From: Histomonas meleagridis 2922-C6/04-290x
Lineage: Eukaryota > Protista > Parabasalia
Direction of reading: 5' to 3'
NCBI GenBank assembly: GCA_020184695.1
Contig: JAANOX010000244.1
Span: 1 to 64,000 of the forward strand
Length of the DNA stretch: 64,000 nucleotides
Positions 13,727 through 23,849 of this stretch are shown one piece after another (the first letter of the stretch is position 1; every line of letters begins with the position of its first letter). The notes beneath the pieces were generated by a model, which was given only the letters and a program-made list of their open reading frames with translations, searched no databases and was not told the DNA's origin. A program made the position numbers and the translations under genes.

Positions 13727-15780
13727 TTATAATTTTTTAAGAAGTAAATTTACTATTTCTGTATAACCTTTTTGCTGTGAAATTTGTATTGCAGTCAAAT
13801 ATTGTTAAAACATATTCTAAATTATTCAAATGAATATTTTTTGCATTAACATCAATTCCTTTATCTAAAAGTAATTTTACTATTTCTATATTATTATATC
13901 TAACTGCTATATGAAGTGCTGTTTCAAATTATTAAAACATATTTCAAATTATTAAAACTTATATAAAATTATTAAAACATATTTCAAATTATTAATACAT
14001 ATATAAAATTATTAAAACATATTATAAATTATTAAAACATAATCCAAATTATTAAAACATATAAAAAATTATTCAAATGAATACTTATTGCATTAACATC
14101 AATTCCTTCTTTATCAATAAGTAATTTTACTATTTCTATATTGTTATTTCTAACTGCTATATGAAGTGCTGTTTCAAATTATTAAAACATATTCTAAATT
14201 ATTAAAACATATTCTAAATTATTAAAACATATTCCAAATTATTAATACATATATAAAATTATTAAAACATATTATAAATTATTAAAACATAATCCAAATT
14301 ATTAAAACATAATCCAAATTATTAAAACATATTTTAAATTATTCAAATGAATAGTTTTTGCATTAATATCAATTCCTTCTTTATCTAAAAGTAATTTTAC
14401 TATTTCTATATTATTATATCTAACTGCTATATGAAGTGCTGTTTCAAATTATTAAAACATATTTCAAATTATTAAAACATATTTCAAATTATTAAAACAT
14501 ATTAAAAATTATTAAAACATATTACAAATTATTCAAATGAATATTTTTTGCATTAACATCAATTCCTTTATCTAAAAGTAATTTTACTATTTCTATATTA
14601 TTATATCTAACTGCTATATGAAGTGCTGTTTCAAATTATTAAAACATATTTCAAATTATTAAAACATATATAAAATTATTAAAGCATAATCCAAATTATT
14701 AAAACATATATAAAATTATTAAAGCATAATCCAAATTATTAAAACATATTTCAAATTATTAAAGCATAATCCAAATTATTAAAACATATATAAAATTATT
14801 AAAGCATAATTCAAATTATTAAAACATATATAAAATTATTAAAGCATAATCCAAATTATTAAAACATATTTCAAATTATTAAAGCATAATCCAAATTATT
14901 AAAACATATATAAAATTATTCAAATGAATTGTTTTTGAATTAACATCAATTCCTTTATCTAAAAGTAATTTTACTATTTCTATATTTCCTGATTTAACTG
15001 GTTTCCACCTGCAATTGCATATTTAGATGTATTTTTGATATTCGAATTATTTAATAACAAATATTTAAAACATTTAATCGAACCAAAAAATGCACAATAA
15101 TCAATTAATGAAACTTTTTTTTTGTTAACAAATGAGCATCTTTCATAAATTGATGGCCTAATTATTTGGTTGAAGTCAAACTCATTATGTGATGATATTT
15201 CTTGAAGCTTTTCTAAATCATCATTTTGAAGTACTTTAGCAATTTCTAATGGATTAACTCCTTCGTTTACATATTGCATATGAAGCTTCCAATCATCTTT
15301 TGATAATTCATCAAGTGCTGAGATGAATTCTCCAATGAGTTTTGGTCTTGAAAATTTGTTCATTAATTTGTTTATTTCTTCTTTTGTTTTGTATTGAGAA
15401 AAATATAATGTATTCATGTTCTTTACTGAAGATGGTTCAATTATTTCTTCTTCTATCATCTTTTCAAGAAGGAAATATGATTCTTGCTTTTCTATTCTCA
15501 GTAAATATTTACAAAAGATTTGAACAAGATTAGCTTCAGTTTCACTTTTGTTTTTATCTTTTTCATCTTCTTTTTCTTTTAAAGTTAATAAGTATTTAAT
15601 ATATATATTTTCATTATTTGTTTGGGAAACAAAAGCTGAATAGATAAGTCTAGAAACAAGATAGTTAAATGTATATGGCAGCCTATCTACAAATAAATTA
15701 ATTGTTACTTGAACTGATGTTTCTAAATTATTTTCGTTGAGATTAAAGACAATTGATTCTAGTGATTTCGAGAGTTGCAT
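13727..15780 (-). pseudogene. DUF3447-type N-terminal domain plus array of ankyrin cassettes split by non-canonical spacers (pseudogene or processed gene)
   Basis: ORF 14980-15780 has LIDYCAFFGSIKCFKYLLLN...KYAIAGGN, typical of trichomonad DUF3447-ankyrin proteins. It is fused out of frame to a partial ankyrin cassette. Cassettes follow at 14537-14632, 14347-14445, 14077-14175 and 13830-13925, and a terminal repeat ends in TAA at 13727. Confidence 0.8.
13926..14923 (-). repeat. Blocks of 20-bp tandem repeats (about TTTAATAATTTGAAATATGT) filling the spacers between ankyrin cassettes
   Basis: Plus-strand unit caaattattaaaacatattt with variants. Spacer lengths are 151, 171, 91 and 291 nt, all 11+20n. 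Confidence 0.9.
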
Positions 15781-16050
15781 CAATTAAATAATTTTTTGTT
15801 GAGCTTTTTCTTGGTCTTTTTCAGAAAGGGTGACAAGTACGTTTATCTTGAAAAAAAAATCCATTCCTGAAGGCTTTTTCTAATATATTAACTCGAGGAA
15901 AATCCTCATATTTACATTATATCAGATTCTTTTTTAAAATGGATCAATTTGATTTCATTATTTTTTTTTCCTCATTTTCAAATCTAATTTTAGTTTCTAA
16001 TTTTTTTACACAGAATAAAATTAAATTTTTTTGTAAAAATATTTTATCAT

Positions 16051-16600
16051 TTATTTTCTGATCAAGTCATTCACACAAGAAGCACTTCTCCAATCTGGAA
16101 AGTCAAACAAAAAAATTCTCAACGCTTTGTGTTAAATCTCCATTTAAATCAGCAACAAACTGGTATCTATTTCTAAGGTCACAATCAATCGCATTAAGTT
16201 GCCTTGAAGTATCTGTAGATTCGATAGATTTTGCAATAAAATCACCATCATCATATACACGAGAAATAGAATCAATTGTTTCAAATAGCGTTTCTTGGTT
16301 CATTTTTATTTGGTCAATAAGTGAACACAATGGGTTATTAGTAACATCATTTTCATCAATTGGAATAGTTGCAAGCATAATATCATCTTTTTGATGACTC
16401 AGCTGTTCAAAGTCAAATTTAGGCAGATCATATATTTCTTGCCTATCATCATCAGTGATTGATGGTTGCCTTGAAAAATGAGTTGGACTTCGAGTCTTTT
16501 GAGGCCGCATATTATAGTAATCATAATTTTGACTGGAATGACCACGGGGTCCGAATTCTCTTTCATATGAAGGTTGGAAGTTACGATTGAATCTAGACAT
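16051..16600 (-). CDS. Hypothetical protein (about 180 aa); probable homopolymer frameshift near 16110
   Basis: ORF 16103-16600. Removing one T from the T-run extends it through ENFLFDFPDWRSASCVNDLIRK to a stop at 16051. Confidence 0.55.
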
Positions 16601-16814
16601 TGATACCGTTTAAATTAACGTTTTTTTGGTAGGATCTTTGAATGAAAAGTGCTAAAAAGCATGAACCATTTGATTTCACATAAATTCCATTACTTTAACA
16701 ATAAATACAGAAACACTTTACCAAAACAATAAAAATTTAATATATAAATTTTTATTTCAATTCTTTTTAATATGAAAAATCAAAAGTCCCAAACTTTTTC
16801 GATCTTATTAAATC

Positions 16815-16915
16815 ATAATTTATATTATTTAGCATCTGAAAATGGTCATACAGAAATAGCCAAATTACTTCTTGAACAAGGAAATATTGATATTAGTGCT
16901 AAAAATATTATTTAT
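16815..16915 (+). pseudogene. Orphan single ankyrin cassette
   Basis: ASENGHTEIAKLLLEQGNIDISAKNI, flanked by T-rich sequence on both sides. Confidence 0.7.
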
Positions 16916-17063
16916 TTCAATAATTTTATATTTAAGAAAAATTTTCTTCTTGTTGTAAAATAAACGTTTTTAAGTATCTTCACAGGGCATCCCAATTGCC
17001 AAATTCGTGAGAACGTTTAGGGAAAAAAATTTAATCCATTCAAATTTCAATTGAAATTTAAAA

Positions 17064-17213
17064 TTAAAATTTGAGAATCTGCTCACATCGACTAGTCAAA
17101 AAAACAGACCCAAATTCACCTGCACCAACAGGTCGTTTGAAGTGGTAATGGTGTTCTGGCAGAACTTCTTCGATCTCTGTTAAGCTGATTTGGTGTCCTG
17201 AGTTGAGGAGCAT
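17064..17213 (-). pseudogene. Protein kinase 5-prime fragment (Gly-rich loop only)
   Basis: MLLNSGHQISLTEIEEVLPEHHYHFKRPVGAGEFGSVFLTSR, then a stop. GxGxFGxV motif present; no VAIK, HRD or DFG downstream. Confidence 0.55.
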
Positions 17214-17379
17214 CTGGAATTCTGGAAAATTTTCTCAAATTTCCAAGCTTCAAAAAAACGACACTAAGAATTAATTCAAAAATCAACTTTTGTGAGTAAA
17301 CAAACTTTTGAGGGGGATATAGAATCGATTTTTGAATGATTTACGCAACAGCATTTCAATTGAATTTCATTAAAATTGT

Positions 17380-20300
17380 TTACTTATTGGGATCTCTTGA
17401 AAGCGGCGGTGGTATTGTAAACACAGGCTTTTTTGCACCAATTGGTGGAGGTATCACCACATTTTTCTGTTGGCTTGGTGCGATCGGCGGTGGAATGTTC
17501 AATTTCATCGAAGTTGTGCCAGTCAACGGCGGCGGGACAATTATTTTTCCCGGCGAACCAGGCGCCGCAGTGATTGGCGGAGGTATTTTTAGAAGCACTG
17601 AAGACTTTGGTGACGAGGAACTTGTAGCACTAAATATTGGTAACAAAGGGGGCGTATTACTTTTACTTCCTCCTACTATTGGACTATCTTCTCTCATAAT
17701 ATCATCGTCATCATCATCCGGAATTAGCTCTGATGTAACAGAGCCCTCATAGATACTTGAATTATCATCAATGATACTTTTATTATCATCATCATTTATG
17801 TTGAAGTCATTTGGTTTAGTTAATAATGTACCACAATAATTCTTACAAAGCTTTTGGAAATATGAATTTTCTTTTTGATCATTTTCATTATTTTCTTTTG
17901 AGGGATATAATGGTAAAGGTTTAACTTTAATGTTTTCGGTATCTTTCTTTGATTTTAATGAAGAAAAACTTTTACAATATTTCCGTATAATTGATAAAAC
18001 TTCTTTCTGTTCTTCATTATAATCCTTTGTCATATTATCCATTTCATTCATATCATAAACATCATTAAATGTTTCGACGTCTTCTTGTTCTTTATCTTTT
18101 TCATCCATTTGTAAGTTAGGCAACGCTGTTAAATGTAATGGCTGATATTTCATTAATTCCTTATTATTACTCTTATCATTATTAAGAAGTTTCAATTCAT
18201 TTAATTCGTCATTTTCTTCGAAGTTAAATGTCGAATCAGAAAATCGACTTTGCGTACCAGAATGTGATGTCGTTGTCGAATCTTTAGTTGTGAAAGCAGT
18301 AGATAATGTATTTGTATTTTGAATTGTTGAAGCTAAAGTCATTGTAGTTAAGAAATTCGTTTGAATATTAGTTATACCAAATGTAGTTTGAGTTAATGCT
18401 GTAGATACTGCTTCTAAAGCATTTGTTTCAGATAGCTTCGAAAACTCATTACATTTAGCTTTAATAATTAATATACTTTCATTATTAATATATTTCGGTG
18501 GTTGTGGTATATCATTATTATTAGGAAATGGATCTTCTTCATTTTCAAATGATTTAAATATTTTATTTAATGTATCAATGTTATTTAATACTGGTAAAAA
18601 TGAAGGACGTAAAAATGTTGAAAATTGTTTTAATACTTCTTCAACATTTGTTTTATCATCTTTTTCATTTTCTTCATTGTTTTGAGTCATGTCAATAGCA
18701 TTAGCATAGTTCCGACAATTACGTAAAGATTTAGGAATATGATATTCATTATTAGGTGGATATGAAGGTGTTACATAAGGAGAATCAAACAAAAATGCTT
18801 GATACATACCAAAATATTTTGGTGTTGATGTAAATTTAAAATCAAATAATGAATGTGGTATTGAATTTTGTTGTTCGATTATAGTTAAATCATATTTATC
18901 ATTATCATCAAAGTCAACTAAAAAGTTTTGTGGAAATGATTTATAATAATCAAAAAATGCTGATGCCAAATCTAATGAATTTTGATAAAATGCTACACGA
19001 TGAAATCTTAAACTTGGCTTCTTTTTAAGTGTGAAATATAATTTAAACTTTGTATATCGATTAAATTCTTCAGATGTTTTAATAATTCGATCAATATCAA
19101 CTAAAGGCCTTTGAATAGATTCTAACTTTAAAACATTAGTTAAACGTTGGTATGCACCATACAACGCTTGTATATCTGATATTTGTGTTGCATCCATTGA
19201 TATTTCATGGATTAATTTAAGTGAAGCATCCATCATATCAAAGATCTTCTTTAATGACGTATTCGTTATTTCTTGATTCGATATGTTCAAATGTTCTAAT
19301 GAAGGTAATGATGATAATGATTTAAAGACATCAATGATTTTGTCTTTGAAATAACATTTATTAGTTCCATGTAAATCAATTCCCCATAATCGAATTTTAC
19401 TTAAATGTGTTAATATTTGTTGTAATATTTTAATGTTCGAATCATTAAAGATTTCTGCAATGGATAAAAATTTAAAGTCCGGATTTGATAAAAAGATTCG
19501 AATAAATTCATTTAAAAATGTTTCTGGTAATGGATTACCTGTCCAATCTAATTCTATTAGATTTGTTAAGGTTGGAATTTTTGTGGATTCTTTATAAAAT
19601 GAATCCCATGACTTCTGATTAAGATGTAAATGATTTAATGATAAAGTAGCATTTTTCTTATTAATTTTAGAAAATGAATTTAAGAATGTAATTAATGAAG
19701 TAGAACTCATCGTAGCATTCGGAAATTCTAAGTTTGTTAAGTTTTGTGGAAATTCATATGATGTTGTAATACCTGCAAGATTTGCATGTGATAATTTGAA
19801 TGATCGTAATGAATCACATTTACATAATAAATACGAATTCTTATGATCTGGTGGTACTAAAATAATTGGATTTGTCCAGTCTGTAAATGATATGGTATGT
19901 AACATGGGCAAATGTGAGGTGACGGAAATCAACGAATTAGACACGTTCGCCGTCTCTTCGCTTGAGGTTTCAACTTGAATTGCGCTAAAGACTTCCATCG
20001 TACGGAAACAATGGCCCTTGACAATGGATCGAGCAATGGCATCGGCTATTTTGACATTCAATGGAATATTAATGAAATTTAAGGTTTGAATATCCCCTTG
20101 ATATTTTCGAAACTCCCATAAAAGTAATGGAAATCGTTCTGGATTGCCATGGAAGGTATGATTGAAGGTCCATGAAACTGCAGTTGGATTTGGAATTGTT
20201 TCAAAGTTAAATTGTTCAAATCTCATATCAAGATAATTCTCAAGGATAATGGTGGTTAAGGATTTGGAATATTTTAAAAGACTACGAATAAGCTTACAAA

Positions 20301-20961
20301 CAAATGTTGGGGCATTCCCATTGAAACGAACGATTGACAATTTTTGTTCACATAAAAGAGGATAAGTTATAATCTTATAATGAAATGGAGTAGATAAAGT
20401 AGATGGAAAGGAAATATATGTTCTTGGTGTGGTTTCGAAAACTTCAAATAATCTTAATAAATCTTCATAATCATCTTGTTGATATTTAGCGTTAATAGCC
20501 ATGGATCTCTCCCTAAGAAGGCCTGGGGGTTGTGAAGTTAATTGTTGTACTTGTGGAGGTTTAGGAAAACCTTCAAAAGTTAACGGATGATCAATTGGAG
20601 AATTATATTCAATATGAGTTCGAAAATGAATTAAACATTCTATGATGATATCAAAGTTAGAACATTCAATTTGACGAATACCATCACCATATAAAATAAT
20701 GTAACAATTTTTCGATAAGTATTGTATGGATTTAATATCAATAATAGAAATAAATAAATATAAAGAAGTAGAATGACCAATGCTTGGAGGTCTTAAAAAA
20801 TATAAACCTGTTTGAGCGAAAATTAAGTTATAAGATCTCGTTTTCCCATGAGATGATTGCGTTTTACACGAAACACCTGCAACTGGGATCCTGCCTAAAG
20901 AACGAATAAATTCTCTTGCTTCATGACCATCTTTAATAAAATAGAGAGTTTTCTTTTCCAT
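17380..20961 (-). CDS. PH-like plus leucine-rich-repeat protein with Pro-rich tail (CARMIL/LRRC16-like architecture)
   Basis: 1193 aa from ATG at 20961. LRR segments (LTNLIELDWTGN, LEHLNISNQ) and C-terminal repeated IPPP motifs. Confidence 0.6.
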   Translation of the reverse strand: MEKKTLYFIKDGHEAREFIRSLGRIPVAGVSCKTQSSHGKTRSYNLIFAQTGLYFLRPPSIGHSTSLYLFISIIDIKSIQYLSKNCYIILYGDGIRQIECSNFDIIIECLIHFRTHIEYNSPIDHPLTFEGFPKPPQVQQLTSQPPGLLRERSMAINAKYQQDDYEDLLRLFEVFETTPRTYISFPSTLSTPFHYKIITYPLLCEQKLSIVRFNGNAPTFVCKLIRSLLKYSKSLTTIILENYLDMRFEQFNFETIPNPTAVSWTFNHTFHGNPERFPLLLWEFRKYQGDIQTLNFINIPLNVKIADAIARSIVKGHCFRTMEVFSAIQVETSSEETANVSNSLISVTSHLPMLHTISFTDWTNPIILVPPDHKNSYLLCKCDSLRSFKLSHANLAGITTSYEFPQNLTNLEFPNATMSSTSLITFLNSFSKINKKNATLSLNHLHLNQKSWDSFYKESTKIPTLTNLIELDWTGNPLPETFLNEFIRIFLSNPDFKFLSIAEIFNDSNIKILQQILTHLSKIRLWGIDLHGTNKCYFKDKIIDVFKSLSSLPSLEHLNISNQEITNTSLKKIFDMMDASLKLIHEISMDATQISDIQALYGAYQRLTNVLKLESIQRPLVDIDRIIKTSEEFNRYTKFKLYFTLKKKPSLRFHRVAFYQNSLDLASAFFDYYKSFPQNFLVDFDDNDKYDLTIIEQQNSIPHSLFDFKFTSTPKYFGMYQAFLFDSPYVTPSYPPNNEYHIPKSLRNCRNYANAIDMTQNNEENEKDDKTNVEEVLKQFSTFLRPSFLPVLNNIDTLNKIFKSFENEEDPFPNNNDIPQPPKYINNESILIIKAKCNEFSKLSETNALEAVSTALTQTTFGITNIQTNFLTTMTLASTIQNTNTLSTAFTTKDSTTTSHSGTQSRFSDSTFNFEENDELNELKLLNNDKSNNKELMKYQPLHLTALPNLQMDEKDKEQEDVETFNDVYDMNEMDNMTKDYNEEQKEVLSIIRKYCKSFSSLKSKKDTENIKVKPLPLYPSKENNENDQKENSYFQKLCKNYCGTLLTKPNDFNINDDDNKSIIDDNSSIYEGSVTSELIPDDDDDDIMREDSPIVGGSKSNTPPLLPIFSATSSSSPKSSVLLKIPPPITAAPGSPGKIIVPPPLTGTTSMKLNIPPPIAPSQQKNVVIPPPIGAKKPVFTIPPPLSRDPNK

Positions 20962-21034
20962 CGACAAGTTGTATTCGTCACTTTTTGTTTTAATTGTACG
21001 TCACTTTTTTATACTTTAAATTTTCAAGTAGTAA
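20962..21034. promoter_or_regulatory. 73-bp bidirectional promoter
   Basis: Two GTCACTTTT copies (about 20977 and 21000). On + they read as the Inr TCACT; on - they read as AAAAGTGAC, resembling the Trichomonas M2 motif. Located between divergent ATGs. Confidence 0.6.
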
Positions 21035-22255
21035 ATGAAAACTTCTTGGAACAAAAAATTGGATAAACAGATTGAATCTATCAGGAAAAAATTATTGGAA
21101 CTTGGAAAAACTAACCAAGAACGATATCATTCTTTTACTCAAGGAATTTCGATGAATAAAAAAAGATTTCAAGAAAGAATCAAATTATTGGGTATTGACA
21201 TCGACGAACAAGGTGTTGATTATATTTGGGACAAAATTGGAGTTTCTGGTAAGTTTATTAGGTTTGATGATTTTACCAAATTAATGATGAAATCATTAAA
21301 TTTAAGTTTGGTTACTGACCAACCCATAAGTCTTATTGATGCTTTAAAGAACAATACAAAACTATTTTTAAATAGTTGTATTGATTATGATCCATCTGTT
21401 ACTGGCTTCATATCATATCGTGAATTTATAACAATTGCAAATTTTTTAGCAGGATCATGTGACTCATCAGAACTCGAAAATACACTTTTGAAATATGACA
21501 CTCGAGAAAATGGTTTAATTAATTATTTTTATCTTTTAGGCGATATATCAGAAGAAATCAATTTATCACCTCGCCGTAGTGTTCCATCTACTCCATCACC
21601 ACGACAAAGCAGAAGGTTAATTGATTCACCTCCCAATGATTTTAATTCTTATTCTACCCCTACACGTGGGCGTTCTTATTCAAGTCGAGAAAGAATAAGT
21701 TCGCCTGTTGACCTCATTCGTACCCCACGCAAGTCACCTCCACCATTAGATCCTAATCTTTCTCAACCAACTCCTCACAAACCCAGGTCGCCCGTTAACT
21801 TTGAAAACGTTTTCAAAACTCCATCAAAGCAGCTTAACGGTCGCCTTGAGACTCAACCGTTAACGGTTCCAGCAAAGGGACGAAATTTATTTGAGACAAA
21901 AGATCAACCACCAAAGCATAAAGAACGTCTTTTTGATTATAGTAATGCTGAGCGTGTTGATGGGCTTTCAACCGCTGAATATATTGAACTCATTGCAAAA
22001 CAAATCTCATGCGGAAGTCGAGAATGCTTCATGAAATGGCGTGGACAACATATGTACGTTGATGCATATGACCTTCGTAATGGATTTGCAAAAGATTCAA
22101 ACATTATTATTCCTTATAAAGAGGCAAAAGCAATTGTAAGAACATATGGAGGCAAACTGACACTTAGTAGTTTCGTTCGAATGCTTGCTGATGGAAATAG
22201 ACTTGCAGAACTGAACAAATCTAAGAATGTAGGAAGTGATTATTCTGATTTTTAG
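21035..22255 (+). CDS. EF-hand-like protein with central Pro/Ser-rich linker
   Basis: 406-aa ORF. Degenerate EF loops DYDPSVTGFISYREF and YDTRENGLINY. Confidence 0.55.
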   Translation: MKTSWNKKLDKQIESIRKKLLELGKTNQERYHSFTQGISMNKKRFQERIKLLGIDIDEQGVDYIWDKIGVSGKFIRFDDFTKLMMKSLNLSLVTDQPISLIDALKNNTKLFLNSCIDYDPSVTGFISYREFITIANFLAGSCDSSELENTLLKYDTRENGLINYFYLLGDISEEINLSPRRSVPSTPSPRQSRRLIDSPPNDFNSYSTPTRGRSYSSRERISSPVDLIRTPRKSPPPLDPNLSQPTPHKPRSPVNFENVFKTPSKQLNGRLETQPLTVPAKGRNLFETKDQPPKHKERLFDYSNAERVDGLSTAEYIELIAKQISCGSRECFMKWRGQHMYVDAYDLRNGFAKDSNIIIPYKEAKAIVRTYGGKLTLSSFVRMLADGNRLAELNKSKNVGSDYSDF

Positions 22256-22442
22256 CTTTGTAATAAACTTTTCTTTTTTGTATCATTCATTTTGTTATTT
22301 TTATTATTGTGTTTATCAAATGAAGTAATTAACAAAAGATTATTAAAAACGAGCAAAAGCATTTCCGAATTAATGATAGAGATTTCTGAGGATATCGTAT
22401 CAAAACGCATTCAAAACGTGTATCGTTAATTAAAATCTTTAT

Positions 22443-23766
22443 TTATTTTGTTTTTTCTGTTTTTCTTTTAATGCATAATTTTCTAGTAAATCTAGAATAG
22501 TCTGATTTTCCAAGCAAATCCTCGCTGTTTCCAATATAGTTTTACCGTTTGCGGCCACCATATTCAAATTCGGATGTTGATCCAACATTAATTGGATTAC
22601 TTTTGGATCCGGGTTTTCCTGTAAAATATAATTTTTTAATGCAGTTGATCCGTTATTATCAGCAGCATTAATATCAACTCCAGCTTTAAACAGTATATCT
22701 AAAATCTCATAATGACCATCAGGCGGCGAATCATTTCTTCTAATTGCAAAAAATGTCGGAAATTTAAAAAACTCAAAAAAATACCATTAAAAAGCACAAA
22801 AAAACATTATCAGGTATAAGTGGGCTCACACCGCAATCTAGAATCAAACGCAAAATATTCGGATCGCCTGAAGCAGCAGCCCAATGAGCTGCGTTTTGCC
22901 CAAGGTTATCCACTTGGAATACGTTGATTCCATAGTCGATAAGTAACTGAACAATTTCATATGACTGTTGGAAGCATGCAGTATAAAGCGCGTTCGTACC
23001 TTTCGATGTCGTATATGATACATTCGCACCAGCATCTAATAATAATTTAACAGAGTCATAGAGACGTAATGAAATGGCTTTCATTAAAATGGATAAGTCT
23101 TTGTTGTCACTTCCTTGGATATTAAACCCGTGTTCGATTAATAGCTCAAGCGTTTCAATGTCTTTAAGTAAAATGGCATTCATAAAGGGAGAGCGATCTG
23201 AAAATCGGACATTCGCATTGACAGTGGCACCGTTTTGAAGTAACAAACGTAAAAGTTGTGGTGATTTGGAACATGAAGCATAAAAAACTGGTGTATAGCC
23301 ATCAACAACAGAATTAACATTAACACCATGTGAACAGAGAAATGAGGTAACTTCTAAGGAACCACCATAGGCTGCATAATGAATGGGCATGAAAAATAAA
23401 ATAAATAAACTTCATATGAAAAATTGAAATATTGGCTGTCTTGAGATTGACACTTACACCCTGATCATAGATGTACATAAAACATTCAAGAGAATCAAAA
23501 AAAGCAGCAATGTGAATTAATCCAATGTTTTCTTGTGGAATTCGATTTGGTTTAGGTAAACTATGTGTTAGATATTATAATGATGGATCAATTTATATTA
23601 TTGATCCATCTCAAAAAATATACTCTGAGACTGATAAAGAATATGTACATGAAGTTAAATATTCTTTTCCTCCATCAAAACATTGAACCCGTATTATATC
23701 ACGTAGTTTTTCAACTTGGTTTTCTTTGATTGCACTTACAAGTTTTTCTTTTACTAATGTTCGCAT
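22443..23766 (-). CDS. Ankyrin-repeat protein with one canonical intron and two 37-nt non-canonical spacers
   Basis: ATG at 23766; intron 23561-23623; spacers 23394-23430 and 22766-22802; about 9 ankyrin repeats (e.g. DGYTPVFYA, KGTNALYTA, LGQNAAHWAA, NGSTALKII, NGKTILETA); probable 1-nt homopolymer slip at about 22624; TAA at 22443. Confidence 0.8.
23561..23623 (-). other. Canonical parabasalid-type spliceosomal intron, 63 nt
   Basis: 5-prime GTATAT and 3-prime TCTAACACATAG, matching the Trichomonas ACTAACACACAG fused branch-point/acceptor. It contains in-frame stops, and removal restores the frame (TCA GA|T TTA CCT). Confidence 0.85.
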
Positions 23767-23849
23767 TCTAATATAAATTCAAGAAACACTTTTTGTAAAC
23801 GGATTCAAAAAGTGGTGTTCCTTTTAGGAAATTCATTATTAATATTAAC

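Noticed and set aside
13830-14923. CRISPR-like repeat/spacer array
   Set aside because: The conserved units are ankyrin-coding cassettes and the intervening DNA is itself a 20-bp tandem repeat. The context is eukaryotic and there are no cas genes.
22770-22805. A 34-nt GT...AG intron reading of ankyrin spacer B (would give DNFFKFP in frame)
   Set aside because: Not preferred, though not excluded. It lacks the CTAAC branch/acceptor motif seen in the real intron of the same gene, puts Phe at the Gly position, and cannot explain spacer A or most other spacers, which have no usable GT/AG.
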